Position numbers and translations under genes: made by a program. Positions 1-9,838 of a stretch of DNA of 64,000 bases are shown here, one piece after another; position 1 is the stretch's first letter, and each line of letters opens with the position of its first letter. The notes beneath the pieces are model-generated. The model saw only the letters and a list, made by a program, of their open reading frames with translations, searched no databases and had not been told where the DNA came from. The DNA comes from an uncultured Methanosarcinales archaeon (GTDB lineage Archaea; Nanobdellota; Nanobdellia; Woesearchaeales; CAZYIM01): NCBI GenBank assembly GCA_964647565.1, contig CAZYIM010000006.1, positions 25,045-89,044 on the forward strand, read 5' to 3'.

Positions 1-63
1 TATTAACGCATACACGCCCTTTTTTTCAAGCCATTGCTCTGGAAACAGGTGCTCTAGAACCAT
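1..63 (-). CDS. 5' end of a gene running off the window (MVLEHLFPEQWLEKKGVYALI...), probably a membrane protein, possibly SpoIIM-like
   Basis: ATG at 63-61 opens a frame to the window edge; AT-rich promoter-like sequence upstream; family resemblance is from memory only. Confidence 0.4.
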   Translation of the reverse strand, partial: MVLEHLFPEQWLEKKGVYALI

Positions 64-173
64 GATCTGATATTAAGAACGAAAGTTTTTAAATTTTTCT
101 AATTGAAATTTTATTATTGTGGAGGGGTGACAATGGTAATATTTAAATAAAGTTAAGTGTTTCCCCTATTAAA

Positions 174-1427
174 ATGAAGCTTAATGAATCAACAAAAGAC
201 CTAATAGACCTAGGTGTTGAATACGATGAAATCAAGATCCCTCCATTCAAGATAATAAATGCATGTACCTTGGGTTATCTAAATAAAATGTCACATGAAG
301 AAATGGAGCCATTGATCGATGATATCTGCAATATTATTAAAAAACAGGACTCAATTAAACATTATAGGAATAAACTAGAAGATTACAGTCTTAAACCTGC
401 TGATATTGAAAGGTTCTATGACATCAACTTCGCCAAGGTAGTATTTAGGGGCGGTACAGAAAAGTTCCCGTTTGCTCTTGATGTATATTTCACTTTCAAT
501 GAACAAAATCATTTTCTACAGATAGGCCACAGGAGACAGAAACAAGATGAAGCGACAATGGGTTCACGCTCTAATGTAACTGAATATCTATTGGATACAC
601 AGCCATTAGGAGAAACTGTTGAACATAGGAAAAACCTTACTTCAAGAATCAAGGCGGCCATCGATCACTCAGTCTATATGGCAGAAGCAGAGAAGTTTGC
701 ACAGGATAACAAGCAAAGAATAGGCGAATTCCTATTAGGATTGATCGAGAATGATCCGATCGTGAACATCTTTGGAAATGCACCTACATTTTCAATTGAA
801 CTTACCAAGAATACAGAACTCAGCCATCTTAAAAAAATGCTCTATCCCGGAGCTCCTACTATTGTGACAACATTAAAGAATACCATGCCTAGCGGAGCAG
901 AAGTCAGCACCAGCATAAAGGGCGATGTATTCTACATCCCTGGTAATCGTTTTGGTCTGTTTGGATATACTAAAGAGGAAAGAAGACTTATGTCAGGTGA
1001 TTTCCAGTCTGAAAACGGTCAGGAAATGATCATGTACTTTGATAGGGATGGAACAGAGATTAAGAATCCGGTCTATAAGGTAAATCTGCTGGATTCAAAG
1101 ATAATGCACACAACTAAACCTTATTCAACCTCTCAAAAAGCCAATGATGCCAATTTAGTGATGGCAGAAAATATAGGAGAGACTAGCAATTTCCTTCTTG
1201 ATGTTCGGTATGATGCTAAAGTCAACGACGACCATTCCATCAGTATTACAGTAGATCTTTCACCCAAAGAAAGAGCTAAATATCATGAGCTGCTCAAAGA
1301 AGGACCAAGTTTAAAGAGCAGGGAACAGTTTACAGCGAGAGCATTTGAACTCGGGGGCAATCTCTCCAGATACAAACCCCTAAAAGATGCAGTTGTTAAG
1401 ATAGATAATATTCTCGGTGGCAACTAA
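174..1427 (+). CDS. hypothetical protein (417 aa)
   Basis: Long ORF; TTTAAATA TATA-like box about 25-30 nt upstream; no recognisable motif. Confidence 0.8.
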   Translation: MKLNESTKDLIDLGVEYDEIKIPPFKIINACTLGYLNKMSHEEMEPLIDDICNIIKKQDSIKHYRNKLEDYSLKPADIERFYDINFAKVVFRGGTEKFPFALDVYFTFNEQNHFLQIGHRRQKQDEATMGSRSNVTEYLLDTQPLGETVEHRKNLTSRIKAAIDHSVYMAEAEKFAQDNKQRIGEFLLGLIENDPIVNIFGNAPTFSIELTKNTELSHLKKMLYPGAPTIVTTLKNTMPSGAEVSTSIKGDVFYIPGNRFGLFGYTKEERRLMSGDFQSENGQEMIMYFDRDGTEIKNPVYKVNLLDSKIMHTTKPYSTSQKANDANLVMAENIGETSNFLLDVRYDAKVNDDHSISITVDLSPKERAKYHELLKEGPSLKSREQFTARAFELGGNLSRYKPLKDAVVKIDNILGGN

Positions 1428-2560
1428 CCAAACAGCTTTCCAAAGAAGCTTTTCTGGGGCTTGACATCTTTGCCAGAGGCTTTTGCAAACTCCTTTAGTG
1501 CGTCTTTTTGTTTACCAGAAAGTTTCTTAGGCACTTGCACGTCCACTCTTATAAGCTGGTCTCCTGAGCCATAGCTGTTTAAGTAGGGTATTCCCTTGCT
1601 GCGCATCTTGAATATGGTTCCAGACTGGGTTCCACTCGGGATCTTCAGATCTGCCTTACCCTTTAATGTCGGCACTTCAATCTCATCACCCATCGATGCC
1701 TGCACAAAGCTGATTGGCACCTCTAATAGAATATCATTACCATGCCTTTCAAAATATTTATGAGCTTTCACATGTATGAATATATATAGATCTCCTGTCC
1801 TTCCATTCCTGTAACCAGCTTCACCTTCTCCCGAAAGCCTTAGCTGTTGGCCATCCTCCACACCTTCAGGAATTGTGATTTCTATCTTCTTGGTCTTAAC
1901 AGACTTGCCTGTACCCTCGCATTCTGCACAAGGATTGGTAATTACCTGGCCTGAGCCACTACAGTTTCTGCAAGTGGTGGTTGTCTGGAAGAGCCCAAAT
2001 GGCGTCCTCCTGGTTTGTCTCACATGACCTGTGCCCTGGCACTCTTCACAGCTTTCTAAATTAGTGCCTCCTGCGCCATTGCACTTATCACATTTATCAG
2101 CTTTCTTTACTGATATGGTTTTCTTGATTCCAAAGGCAGCCTCATTAAGGGTTATCTCAATATCATATCTAAGGTCATTACCCCTTCGAGATGAGTTTCT
2201 TCTTGAACGGCCGCCACCTCCAAAAAAGGTGTCAAATATATCGCCAAAGTCAAACTCTCCTCCAAAACCAAAGTCCCTGAAGTCAAAATTATTATAGTCA
2301 AAGCCGCCAGGACCTCTCTTCAAACCCTCGCTACCATATTGATTATAAGTCTCCCTTTTCCTATCATCACCCAATACAGACGCAGCCTCATTGATCTCCT
2401 TGAACTTCTCCTCTGCTTCTTTCTTTTCTGAATCTGAAGCATTTGCAATCTTATCAGGATGATATTTCATGGCCAGCTTTTTATAGGCTTTCTTAATCTC
2501 ATCTTTAGTTGCGTCCTTACTAACACCCAGAATCTTGTAGTAGTCTTTCTCTGCCATCAT
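1424..2560 (-). CDS. dnaJ: molecular chaperone DnaJ
   Basis: J domain with HPD, G/F-rich region, four CxxCxGxG zinc-finger repeats, C-terminal domain. Confidence 0.98.
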   Translation of the reverse strand: MMAEKDYYKILGVSKDATKDEIKKAYKKLAMKYHPDKIANASDSEKKEAEEKFKEINEAASVLGDDRKRETYNQYGSEGLKRGPGGFDYNNFDFRDFGFGGEFDFGDIFDTFFGGGGRSRRNSSRRGNDLRYDIEITLNEAAFGIKKTISVKKADKCDKCNGAGGTNLESCEECQGTGHVRQTRRTPFGLFQTTTTCRNCSGSGQVITNPCAECEGTGKSVKTKKIEITIPEGVEDGQQLRLSGEGEAGYRNGRTGDLYIFIHVKAHKYFERHGNDILLEVPISFVQASMGDEIEVPTLKGKADLKIPSGTQSGTIFKMRSKGIPYLNSYGSGDQLIRVDVQVPKKLSGKQKDALKEFAKASGKDVKPQKSFFGKLFG

Positions 2561-4191
2561 AATGCCTCAATAACTTCTTTGATGTCTTTCATCCTGTTTG
2601 AATTGTATTCATCCTTTGTTATATTATGGGCTGCATACAATGCATCCAATGGTTTGGTCTGACCTCTCCTGTATCTTACAGGATACGATTGCTCAAGAGC
2701 TCCCTTTGAAAGCACAAAGATATTCTTTGTCTTCAGATATGCAATCCTCTCATTCCTGGATTGAATCTTCTTTCTTGCTTTCTTGAGCTCTTCATATATT
2801 ACTTTCGGCCAGAACCTGCCTTTGATAGAATCCAGGTCTGTCATGATCATGTAAGGTATGTGGAATATCTTCAGTAGAGCAACATAAACAGTGAAGTTGT
2901 CCTTACTGTAGCTACTGACTACTTTTATCTCTTCAGTTGATTTTGAGAACTTGCCCATCAGGATCTCCATGAACATCTTATCTGATATTCCTTCAACCAG
3001 AAGCACTTTGTCGGCAAAGAACATCTCACAGTTCTCTGCGTTAAGTTCCTGCTCCAATCTGTCGACGTTGACAAAATCCTGTTCTGCCATGCCATAGACA
3101 AATGTTTTCTCATCTTTTTTTATAACCCTGTAAAGACCTCTGATAATCTTGGGATCTACAAAGACAGACGAATGAGTGATTAATATGATTTGGGAAGCCT
3201 TTGAAAACTCTGCCACCATATCGAACAGCTTTCTTTGGGCTTCAGGATGCAGATGTATCTCAGGCTCTTCAATTGCAATAATTGAACCGCCAGACATAAT
3301 AAGAGCATGCATCAAGAGTAAGAGTTCATAATTGCCACCGCCTATCGAGGTTAGGGGTATTTCTACGCCCTCGTTGGTCTCAAACCTGACATCAACCACC
3401 TTATTGCCTCTTTTCACCTGCACGACCTTCTCAATCAGGGTTGACATCCTGTTGATGAAGCTTGTGAACTGTTGAAACATCAGCCTCTTGTCCCTGTCCT
3501 CACTGTTGGCAAGATTGATTAAAGAAGTTTTTATGAAACCCTCTGCTTTGGTCTTCTGTGAAGCGGGCATAGGATCCCTGATAATATTTCGCTCAGCAGG
3601 AATGAACTCAAAATGGTTGCCAAGATTCTTAAGAAACGTCTCTATGACCAATCCTTTTTTCTTCACATCAAAATCCTTAAACTCGATACTCTTATCAGTA
3701 TAATATAAGACTCTCTGTTTTTCATATGAGGGTTTTACGAGCATTATACGGTCCAGGCTTACAAAGTCAAGATTGCACCTGGTTTTATTGCTTTTCGAGT
3801 CAGTGCTTATCCGTCTCTTGATCACCAATTCATGACCTGATTCATAGCCAGAAAAATTAGCCTTTTCCAACACTTTAGACAAGTTAAGTTTCTTCAATTC
3901 AATTGTTGACAGCTCCAGATGTAAAGAAATGTCAAAATAATCCTTAAGCCGATCATGCAGGATAAGAGATAGATCTCCCTTATACCGTTTTGCAATCAGG
4001 TTTTTTTCTTCTAACACCAATTCAGGGAAATGTGTCTGCAGGTCTGCATTGAAAATAATGTCAATAGCGTCTAGAATATTAGACTTACCTGCATCGTTCT
4101 TGCCAATAAAGATGTTAAGATTAGAGAGGTCAGTGATCTCTAAATGATCGATGCTTTTGAAATTCTCGATAATAATCTTCTTAATCCGCAT
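2557..4191 (-). CDS. OLD-family ATP-dependent endonuclease (ABC ATPase + TOPRIM)
   Basis: MRIKKIIIENFKS start after AGGTG SD; Walker A GKNDAGKS; IEEPEIHLHP; THS; TOPRIM LLVEGISD and DLD. Confidence 0.9.
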   Translation of the reverse strand: MRIKKIIIENFKSIDHLEITDLSNLNIFIGKNDAGKSNILDAIDIIFNADLQTHFPELVLEEKNLIAKRYKGDLSLILHDRLKDYFDISLHLELSTIELKKLNLSKVLEKANFSGYESGHELVIKRRISTDSKSNKTRCNLDFVSLDRIMLVKPSYEKQRVLYYTDKSIEFKDFDVKKKGLVIETFLKNLGNHFEFIPAERNIIRDPMPASQKTKAEGFIKTSLINLANSEDRDKRLMFQQFTSFINRMSTLIEKVVQVKRGNKVVDVRFETNEGVEIPLTSIGGGNYELLLLMHALIMSGGSIIAIEEPEIHLHPEAQRKLFDMVAEFSKASQIILITHSSVFVDPKIIRGLYRVIKKDEKTFVYGMAEQDFVNVDRLEQELNAENCEMFFADKVLLVEGISDKMFMEILMGKFSKSTEEIKVVSSYSKDNFTVYVALLKIFHIPYMIMTDLDSIKGRFWPKVIYEELKKARKKIQSRNERIAYLKTKNIFVLSKGALEQSYPVRYRRGQTKPLDALYAAHNITKDEYNSNRMKDIKEVIEAL

Positions 4192-4257
4192 ATAACACCT
4201 CTGATGATGCATTAATGTCTGGTAATTAAAAAGGTTACGAAAAGGAAATAAGTTAGC

Positions 4258-4388
4258 ATTAGGAAAAATAACAACAACAGTGGCACAGACGGCCAGAGCC
4301 TAGCTCTATCCTACTCCACTTACTCGAACACCACACTCCGCATGGCAACCGAGTAAGCTGCGTCTGACCAGGTTGTCATTTTTCTAAT
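4258..4388. repeat. structured palindromic intergenic element, family A copy 1
   Basis: Imperfect terminal inverted repeat ATTAGGAAAAATAACAAC / GTTGTCATTTTTCTAAT; nested stems CAGACG/CGTCTG, CTTACTCG/CGAGTAAG, AGAGC/GCTCT; shares TGGCACRGAYG with copies at 36.9 and 41.2 kb. Confidence 0.75.
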
Positions 4389-6292
4389 TACTTTTTATCT
4401 TCTTTTTTATCGTCCTTTTTATCTTCTTTCTTTTCTTCGAATTCTGCGTCGACAACCTTTTCTTCTTCTTTCTCTGACTTCTTACCTTTTCCCTTTTCAT
4501 CAGCTTTCTGTTGAGCTTGCTGTGCTTTTGCCTGCTCTGCAGCAGCCTTTTGGTAAAGCTCAGTTGAGAGTTTTTGCATCCTCTCGTTGATCTCATCCAT
4601 CTTCTTCTTGATGGCTTCTGTATCTTTTTTCTCAGGTTCAAGAAGTTTTTTCACTTCTTCAATCTCTTTCTTGATGTCGTCAAGCTCCTTGGCATCGACC
4701 TTGCCTTCCATCTCCTTGAAGATATTGTTCGAAGTATGGACCAGAGTCTCTGCCTGGTTAATAACTTCAGCCTCGTCTTTTCGCTTCTTGTCTTCATCTG
4801 CATGAGCCTCTGCATCTTTCTTCATCTTCTCAACTTCATCTTCTGAGAGCTTGTTTGGTGCAGTTATTTTTATAGACTGTTCTTTGCCAGTTCCAAGATC
4901 CTTTGCAGAGACATGCATAATTCCGTTTGAATCAATATCAAATGTCACCTCAATTTGAGGTATGCCTCTTGGTGCAGGTGGGATTCCCACCAGATCGAAT
5001 CGGCCTAATGACTTATTATCCTGTGCCATGCTTCGTTCACCTTGAAGTACATGTATTGTTACAGCTGGCTGGTTGTCGGCTGCTGTACTGAATGTCTGGG
5101 ATTTTTTAGTCGGGATGGTGGTGTTCCTCTCTATCAATTTAGTGCATACACCTCCCAATGTCTCTATTCCAAGACTCAAAGGTGTTACATCCAGCAAAAG
5201 GACGTCTTTTACATCACCTGCCAAGACTCCTCCCTGGATTGCTGCACCCATTGCAACACATTCCATAGGATCAAGACCTCTTTCCGCAGGTTTGCCTATT
5301 GTATCTTCAACAAATTTTCTTACACTTGGCATCCTTGTTGGCCCACCTACCATGATAACTTTATTGATATCACTGTTTGACATCTTGGCATCCTTGATAG
5401 ATTGCATCAATGGATCCTTGCACTTCTGGATAATCGGGTAGACCAGCTCTTCAAGCTTAGATCTCTTGATCTTCATGACCAAGTGCTTTGGACCTGAACC
5501 ATCTGCAGTTATATATGGCAAGTTGATCTCAGTCTCTAAAGTTGTAGAAAGCTCAATCTTGGCTTTTTCAGCAGCTTCTTTTAGCCTCTGAATGGCAGTA
5601 GTATCTTTGCTAATGTCAACACCCTGTTCTTTTTTGAACTCTTCAACAATGAAATCTACAATGGTCTGATCCATGTCAGTACCACCTAGCTTGGTATCTC
5701 CTGATGTTGACTTTACTTCAAAGACTCCATCTCCAAACTCCATCACTGTAACATCCAAGGTTCCGCCTCCAAAGTCAAAGACCAAGATCTTCTGTTCTTT
5801 GGCATCTTTGTCCAAGCCGAATGCTAGGGCTGCAGCTGTAGGCTCGTTTATAATTCGGATAACTTCTAGGCCTGCAATGGTTCCTGCATCTTTGGTTGCC
5901 TGCCGCTGGTTGTCATCAAAATAAGCAGGCACTGTAATGACTGCTTTTTCAACCTTGTCTCCTAAAAATTCTTCTGCATCCTTCTTTATCTTTTGAAGGA
6001 TAAAAGCAGATATTTGTTGTGGAGTGTATTCCTTACCATCTACTTTATATTTATCACTGGTGCCCATCTTTCGTTTGGCAGCGGTGATTGTACCTTCAGG
6101 ATTGCTTACAGCCTGCCTCTTTGCAGGCTCTCCTACCAACATCTGACCTTTTGAAAAGGCCACTACTGATGGAAATGCTTTTCCGTATTGACTTGCTCCT
6201 TCAGCGCTGGGTATGATCTTAGGCTTTCCAGCCTCTAATACAGCAGCAGCCGAGTTGCTTGTTCCTAAATCTATTCCAATAATCTTAGACAT
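4388..6292 (-). CDS. dnaK: molecular chaperone DnaK (Hsp70)
   Basis: [41 protein letters not shown] motifs. Confidence 0.99.
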   Translation of the reverse strand: MSKIIGIDLGTSNSAAAVLEAGKPKIIPSAEGASQYGKAFPSVVAFSKGQMLVGEPAKRQAVSNPEGTITAAKRKMGTSDKYKVDGKEYTPQQISAFILQKIKKDAEEFLGDKVEKAVITVPAYFDDNQRQATKDAGTIAGLEVIRIINEPTAAALAFGLDKDAKEQKILVFDFGGGTLDVTVMEFGDGVFEVKSTSGDTKLGGTDMDQTIVDFIVEEFKKEQGVDISKDTTAIQRLKEAAEKAKIELSTTLETEINLPYITADGSGPKHLVMKIKRSKLEELVYPIIQKCKDPLMQSIKDAKMSNSDINKVIMVGGPTRMPSVRKFVEDTIGKPAERGLDPMECVAMGAAIQGGVLAGDVKDVLLLDVTPLSLGIETLGGVCTKLIERNTTIPTKKSQTFSTAADNQPAVTIHVLQGERSMAQDNKSLGRFDLVGIPPAPRGIPQIEVTFDIDSNGIMHVSAKDLGTGKEQSIKITAPNKLSEDEVEKMKKDAEAHADEDKKRKDEAEVINQAETLVHTSNNIFKEMEGKVDAKELDDIKKEIEEVKKLLEPEKKDTEAIKKKMDEINERMQKLSTELYQKAAAEQAKAQQAQQKADEKGKGKKSEKEEEKVVDAEFEEKKEDKKDDKKEDKK

Positions 6293-6629
6293 TTTTACCT
6301 CCTGACTCGTCTGAGTCTTGTTTTTTTGTTAATGCTAATTTTCTCAACTCTTTAACCCTATCATGAGTGAGTATGATTTTTTCTTTTCCAGGCATAAGCT
6401 TGATTTTTTCAAACAATTTAACCAGTTTGGTCCTGTTGAACTCATCTTTATCTTCAATCGAACCTAGCGCCTGATATATCTGGGTGTCTGTGGAAACAAT
6501 ATCCGGTCCAGATCCCTGATATATTAACAGATTGTTCAGTGTCTCGTCCTCGGTTATAAAGAATCTAAGGATGTTCTCAGCATTCAGGAATATCCTTTTT
6601 CTTGGTTGAGTCGGTTTTGGTTGGTTCAT
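6285..6629 (-). CDS. small hypothetical protein between grpE and dnaK, possibly a degenerate PIN-like fold
   Basis: Overlaps both neighbours in operon fashion; IFLNAENIL loosely resembles a PIN N-terminal strand without the Asp. Confidence 0.6.
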   Translation of the reverse strand: MNQPKPTQPRKRIFLNAENILRFFITEDETLNNLLIYQGSGPDIVSTDTQIYQALGSIEDKDEFNRTKLVKLFEKIKLMPGKEKIILTHDRVKELRKLALTKKQDSDESGGKNV

Positions 6630-7080
6630 TTTTTTTTGCTATTTTTACCTTCGAGTGTCTTATAACTCGATCCTTGAAGCAGTATCCTGACTGTAATTCT
6701 TCAAGGATAGTCTCCTCTTCTTTGTTTGATGGTTCTGTTAAAAGAACTTCATGAAAATAGGGATCAAACTTCTTATGATCACACTCTATTTTCTTCAGGC
6801 CTTGCTTTTCAAGTAATGCCCTGAATTGTGCATATACTAGTTCCATACCTTTTATGAACTCTTCTGGCTTGGACTGGCTCTTGAAGGCTAGTTCAAAGCT
6901 GTCAAGAATAGGCAGGATTTGGCACATGAGTTCTGCCTGCGAAAAATCGCATAATTGGCTGTTCTGTTTTTCCTGTCTTTTCTTATAGTTCTCAAACTCA
7001 GCCTGCAGTCTTTGGAGCATATCTGTCAATTCGCCTATCTTCTGTTCTTTTTCTTCCAATGCTTTGTTTTTTTCTTTCAT
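6577..7080 (-). CDS. grpE: nucleotide exchange factor GrpE
   Basis: RLQAEFENYKKR, LPILDSFE, FDPYFHE, GY...RVIR.SKV; AGGTGA SD. Confidence 0.95.
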   Translation of the reverse strand: MKEKNKALEEKEQKIGELTDMLQRLQAEFENYKKRQEKQNSQLCDFSQAELMCQILPILDSFELAFKSQSKPEEFIKGMELVYAQFRALLEKQGLKKIECDHKKFDPYFHEVLLTEPSNKEEETILEELQSGYCFKDRVIRHSKVKIAKKNEPTKTDSTKKKDIPEC

Positions 7081-7111
7081 TGTCTCACCTGTAATAATAA
7101 GAAAAAAAAAA

Positions 7112-7564
7112 TTAATCTATGTTGATCTTTGTTGCTTGGTTCTCTGGTTTAGCTTCTTTCTTGGCCATCTCTACCTTCAGGATGCCATCCTTGAATTCAG
7201 CTTTTGTGTTATCTGGCATGACTTCTGCAGGCAAAGGCATTCTTCTATAGAAGCTGTTTGTGCAGCTTTCGAAGCGGTAATATCCTTTCTTTTGATCTTC
7301 TTTTTCCACTTCAGACTTTTTTTCTACCTTGACCTCAATCTCAGTTTCAGTCACGTTCAGCTCAATATTTTCTTTTTGAACTCCAGGCAGCTCAAAGCTT
7401 GCTATAACTGCTGTTTCAGTCTCGTAGATGTCTGTTACAGCACGTCTGCAACACTTGCCATTCTGGGGACGTCTTACTGGTATTGCGCCACCTCTCATTG
7501 TTTCGTCAACCATATTCCAAATACCCTCGGGTATTCTTCCAAGTTCCCATACTGAGTCACTCAT
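7112..7564 (-). CDS. hsp20: small heat shock protein Hsp20
   Basis: Alpha-crystallin motifs DIYET, ELPGV.KE, F.R...LP, AEFKDGILKV; ATG at 7564 after GGGGGTG SD. Confidence 0.93.
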   Translation of the reverse strand: MSDSVWELGRIPEGIWNMVDETMRGGAIPVRRPQNGKCCRRAVTDIYETETAVIASFELPGVQKENIELNVTETEIEVKVEKKSEVEKEDQKKGYYRFESCTNSFYRRMPLPAEVMPDNTKAEFKDGILKVEMAKKEAKPENQATKINID

Positions 7565-7690
7565 ATCAATCACCCCCGAAGCTTTTCTCGTCGAAAACTC
7601 CAGTGTTGTTTTGTGTATATTTTTCGTCGACTTTAAGTCAACAAAGAAGGGGTAGAATGTACTTATTTATAAATATTTCGGTTGGCGGAG

Positions 7691-8512
7691 CTTTGTGTAG
7701 AAACTAATTATGTTTTTACACAAGATGAGAACGTTTTTACACAGGATTCATTTGTTATAAAGAGAAAATCGTTTGAAGGTTGGGCAGAATGTGTTGCCTC
7801 CTTGGATGACAGAAAATTCAGTTTTCTTGACAACACCTAAAATATGTTTCAGCGAGTGTGCATAAAGTGTTACGCCAAGATACTGCTTTGAAATAAATAA
7901 TCGTATCCTGTCAATGATTCTTCCCCAGAACGAGCTACTGGCAAAAGCGCGTAAAGTAATTATCCCATCTATTTTTAATATTCGTTTCCATTCCTTAAAA
8001 AGAAGATAGATATCCTCCTTAGAAAAATATTCTAGGAGTCCATCTGTCTCTAAATAATCTATAGAATTATCCTCAATTTGAGTTGCTTTTGCATCAGATA
8101 GAATATACCTTATTTTCGCATTCAGGAATTTCTCAGAGAGTACTTCCTTGCTCTTCTCTAGCTGTGTCAATGAAACATCCAATATCCTAACTTCTGCGTT
8201 AGGATTTTTAGAAAATACGAATTTTACAAACTCCTGCGAAGTAACGTCTCCACTTGTACCACATAATAAAGCTGTAAAATCTTTTTTCGAAAAATTAAAA
8301 TCATGAGATACTTTCTTCAAATCCTCAATACACTTTTTATAGGCCCAACGTAAATATATCTTCCAAAAAAGATTATGACTTACAATCTTAAAACGAGAAT
8401 AATATTTTTCATGCACGAGTACTTTTTACGATACCATCTATATAAATTATGTGTTTCGGTATTTTTACACAGAATCCTTTCTTTTTACACAGAACCCAGT
8501 TTTTACACAAAG
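7691..8512. mobile_element. putative non-autonomous cassette bounded by TTTTTACACA repeats, carrying a methyltransferase gene
   Basis: Outer inverted repeats CTTTGTGTAGAAACT (7691-7705) and AGTTTTTACACAAAG (8498-8512), 14/15 match; direct TTTTTACACA copies at 7713, 7734, 8462, 8482. Confidence 0.5.
7748..8416 (-). CDS. class I SAM-dependent methyltransferase-like protein
   Basis: LLCGTSG (degenerate motif I), ILDVS, DNSIDY, WKRILKIDG; GTG start uncertain. Confidence 0.7.
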   Translation of the reverse strand: MHEKYYSRFKIVSHNLFWKIYLRWAYKKCIEDLKKVSHDFNFSKKDFTALLCGTSGDVTSQEFVKFVFSKNPNAEVRILDVSLTQLEKSKEVLSEKFLNAKIRYILSDAKATQIEDNSIDYLETDGLLEYFSKEDIYLLFKEWKRILKIDGIITLRAFASSSFWGRIIDRIRLFISKQYLGVTLYAHSLKHILGVVKKTEFSVIQGGNTFCPTFKRFSLYNK

Positions 8513-8556
8513 TCGGTATTGAGCACAGTTTCATACTAACAACACATATCCTAAAA

Positions 8557-8961
8557 TCAAATCACAGAGGCTAAAACCGCAGAAATAAAACCTACCACTG
8601 GCAACTGCAACAGGGGCGAAACACCAACACCCAAGATCAAAGGCATCTTGTCTGTATATTCCCAGAATTCAAAGCTAAGAGCATCTTTCTCATAGATGTA
8701 TGCAAAACCAAGACATAATACCAGGAACAGTATGATGCTGCCTGCCTGTTCAAGAATCATCTCGTTGCCGAATGCAAATATGGATATCACTGCAAAGACA
8801 ACAATCCAGGCTCCGTCAGACAAGGCTGCCAACAATATCCTGTTGATTTTCTTTTTCTTTGAAAGCCTATTGCAGGTTATATAAAGAGGTGAATGCAACC
8901 ATTCCCAGATGAAATTAAGAAAAAAAGCTATTATGAACATTTTGATCAGTAAAATAAACAT
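8557..8961 (-). CDS. hypothetical integral membrane protein
   Basis: About four hydrophobic segments; LNFIWEWLH and GVGVSPLLQ motifs. Confidence 0.75.
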   Translation of the reverse strand: MFILLIKMFIIAFFLNFIWEWLHSPLYITCNRLSKKKKINRILLAALSDGAWIVVFAVISIFAFGNEMILEQAGSIILFLVLCLGFAYIYEKDALSFEFWEYTDKMPLILGVGVSPLLQLPVVGFISAVLASVI

Positions 8962-8994
8962 ATTTATTCAAAAGAACTCATCTTTTTATATTTT

Positions 8995-9837
8995 GTGCGT
9001 TCATCAACCACACAAAATATGCCTAATAAACCGAAACATTTATATACTAATATTACAAATTTACTACTTATAAGTCATAAAAAGGTGATAATAATAGCCG
9101 AACTCAATCCAAATAAAGTTTATGCAAATGATGTCATGATGGAAGACAGCGATGTTGTTACAAAAAGTGAAGGGAGATTTTTAAAATTCCCAACTTTAAG
9201 AGAATTCATAGGGAACTATGGAACTCCAAGATTGGTACATGGTAAGGTTGTCAAAGGATTCTATGGAGGCACCGTAGAAACACTGGCAAATCTAAAAAAA
9301 CTCCACCAATTATACAACACAGCAATATCTAACCACATGAGTGTTGTTCCTAGTATCCCAATTATCGACGGCCAATTCTTCCACATAGAACAAGTGTTTG
9401 AACAAGGAAAAACGTTTCAAACCATGTTATTAGATCCAACAGTATCAAGCAAAAAAAAGGAAGAAGCCTTTGAAATCATCCTCGATAATTCGTTAAGATT
9501 AGTCACCCAATCTGACGAGAAGATCGGTATTGATTGCAAGCCAGAAAATTTTATCCAAAAAGAGGATGGATCATGGTATCTACTCGACACATTTCCACCC
9601 ATCATTAAAAATAAGGATAATTTGTTAGGACAGGTATTTACAAGGTCCTTTGAGTCACAATCAGTAAAGAAATTTGAAAAATCATTCTATAGCGATCCAA
9701 TAAAGATTTCTAGGCGTTTATGGTTAAAATCACAAGAATTTGATCCTAAACCTGATTTTGGAGCATGTGCCATCTCAATTTTAGAAAAATATCATCCTCC
9801 AGGGGCAAAGGTATTGGTAAGATTCTATAATAATTAA
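8995..9837 (+). CDS. protein-kinase-like fold protein (true start probably downstream, about 9085-9136)
   Basis: Catalytic-loop-like IDCKPENF followed by LLDTFP; AGGTGA SD at 9083. Confidence 0.55.
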   Translation: MRSSTTQNMPNKPKHLYTNITNLLLISHKKVIIIAELNPNKVYANDVMMEDSDVVTKSEGRFLKFPTLREFIGNYGTPRLVHGKVVKGFYGGTVETLANLKKLHQLYNTAISNHMSVVPSIPIIDGQFFHIEQVFEQGKTFQTMLLDPTVSSKKKEEAFEIILDNSLRLVTQSDEKIGIDCKPENFIQKEDGSWYLLDTFPPIIKNKDNLLGQVFTRSFESQSVKKFEKSFYSDPIKISRRLWLKSQEFDPKPDFGACAISILEKYHPPGAKVLVRFYNN

Positions 9838-9838
9838 A

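Noticed and set aside
2557..4191. Gabija or retron defence system
   Set aside because: No UvrD-like helicase or reverse transcriptase is adjacent; only a solo OLD nuclease is supported.
4384..5924. Several short ORFs overlapping dnaK
   Set aside because: Alternative-frame or antisense shadows of a highly conserved gene.
7575..7680. CIRCE/HrcA element upstream of the heat-shock cluster
   Set aside because: No TTAGCACTC-N9-GAGTGCTAA match; only a weak palindrome GTCGACTT-T-AAGTCAAC, too weak to call.
7691..8512. Short TTTTTACACA repeats as a CRISPR array
   Set aside because: Repeats are only 10-16 bp with spacers under about 10 nt, split by a gene, and no cas operon is present.
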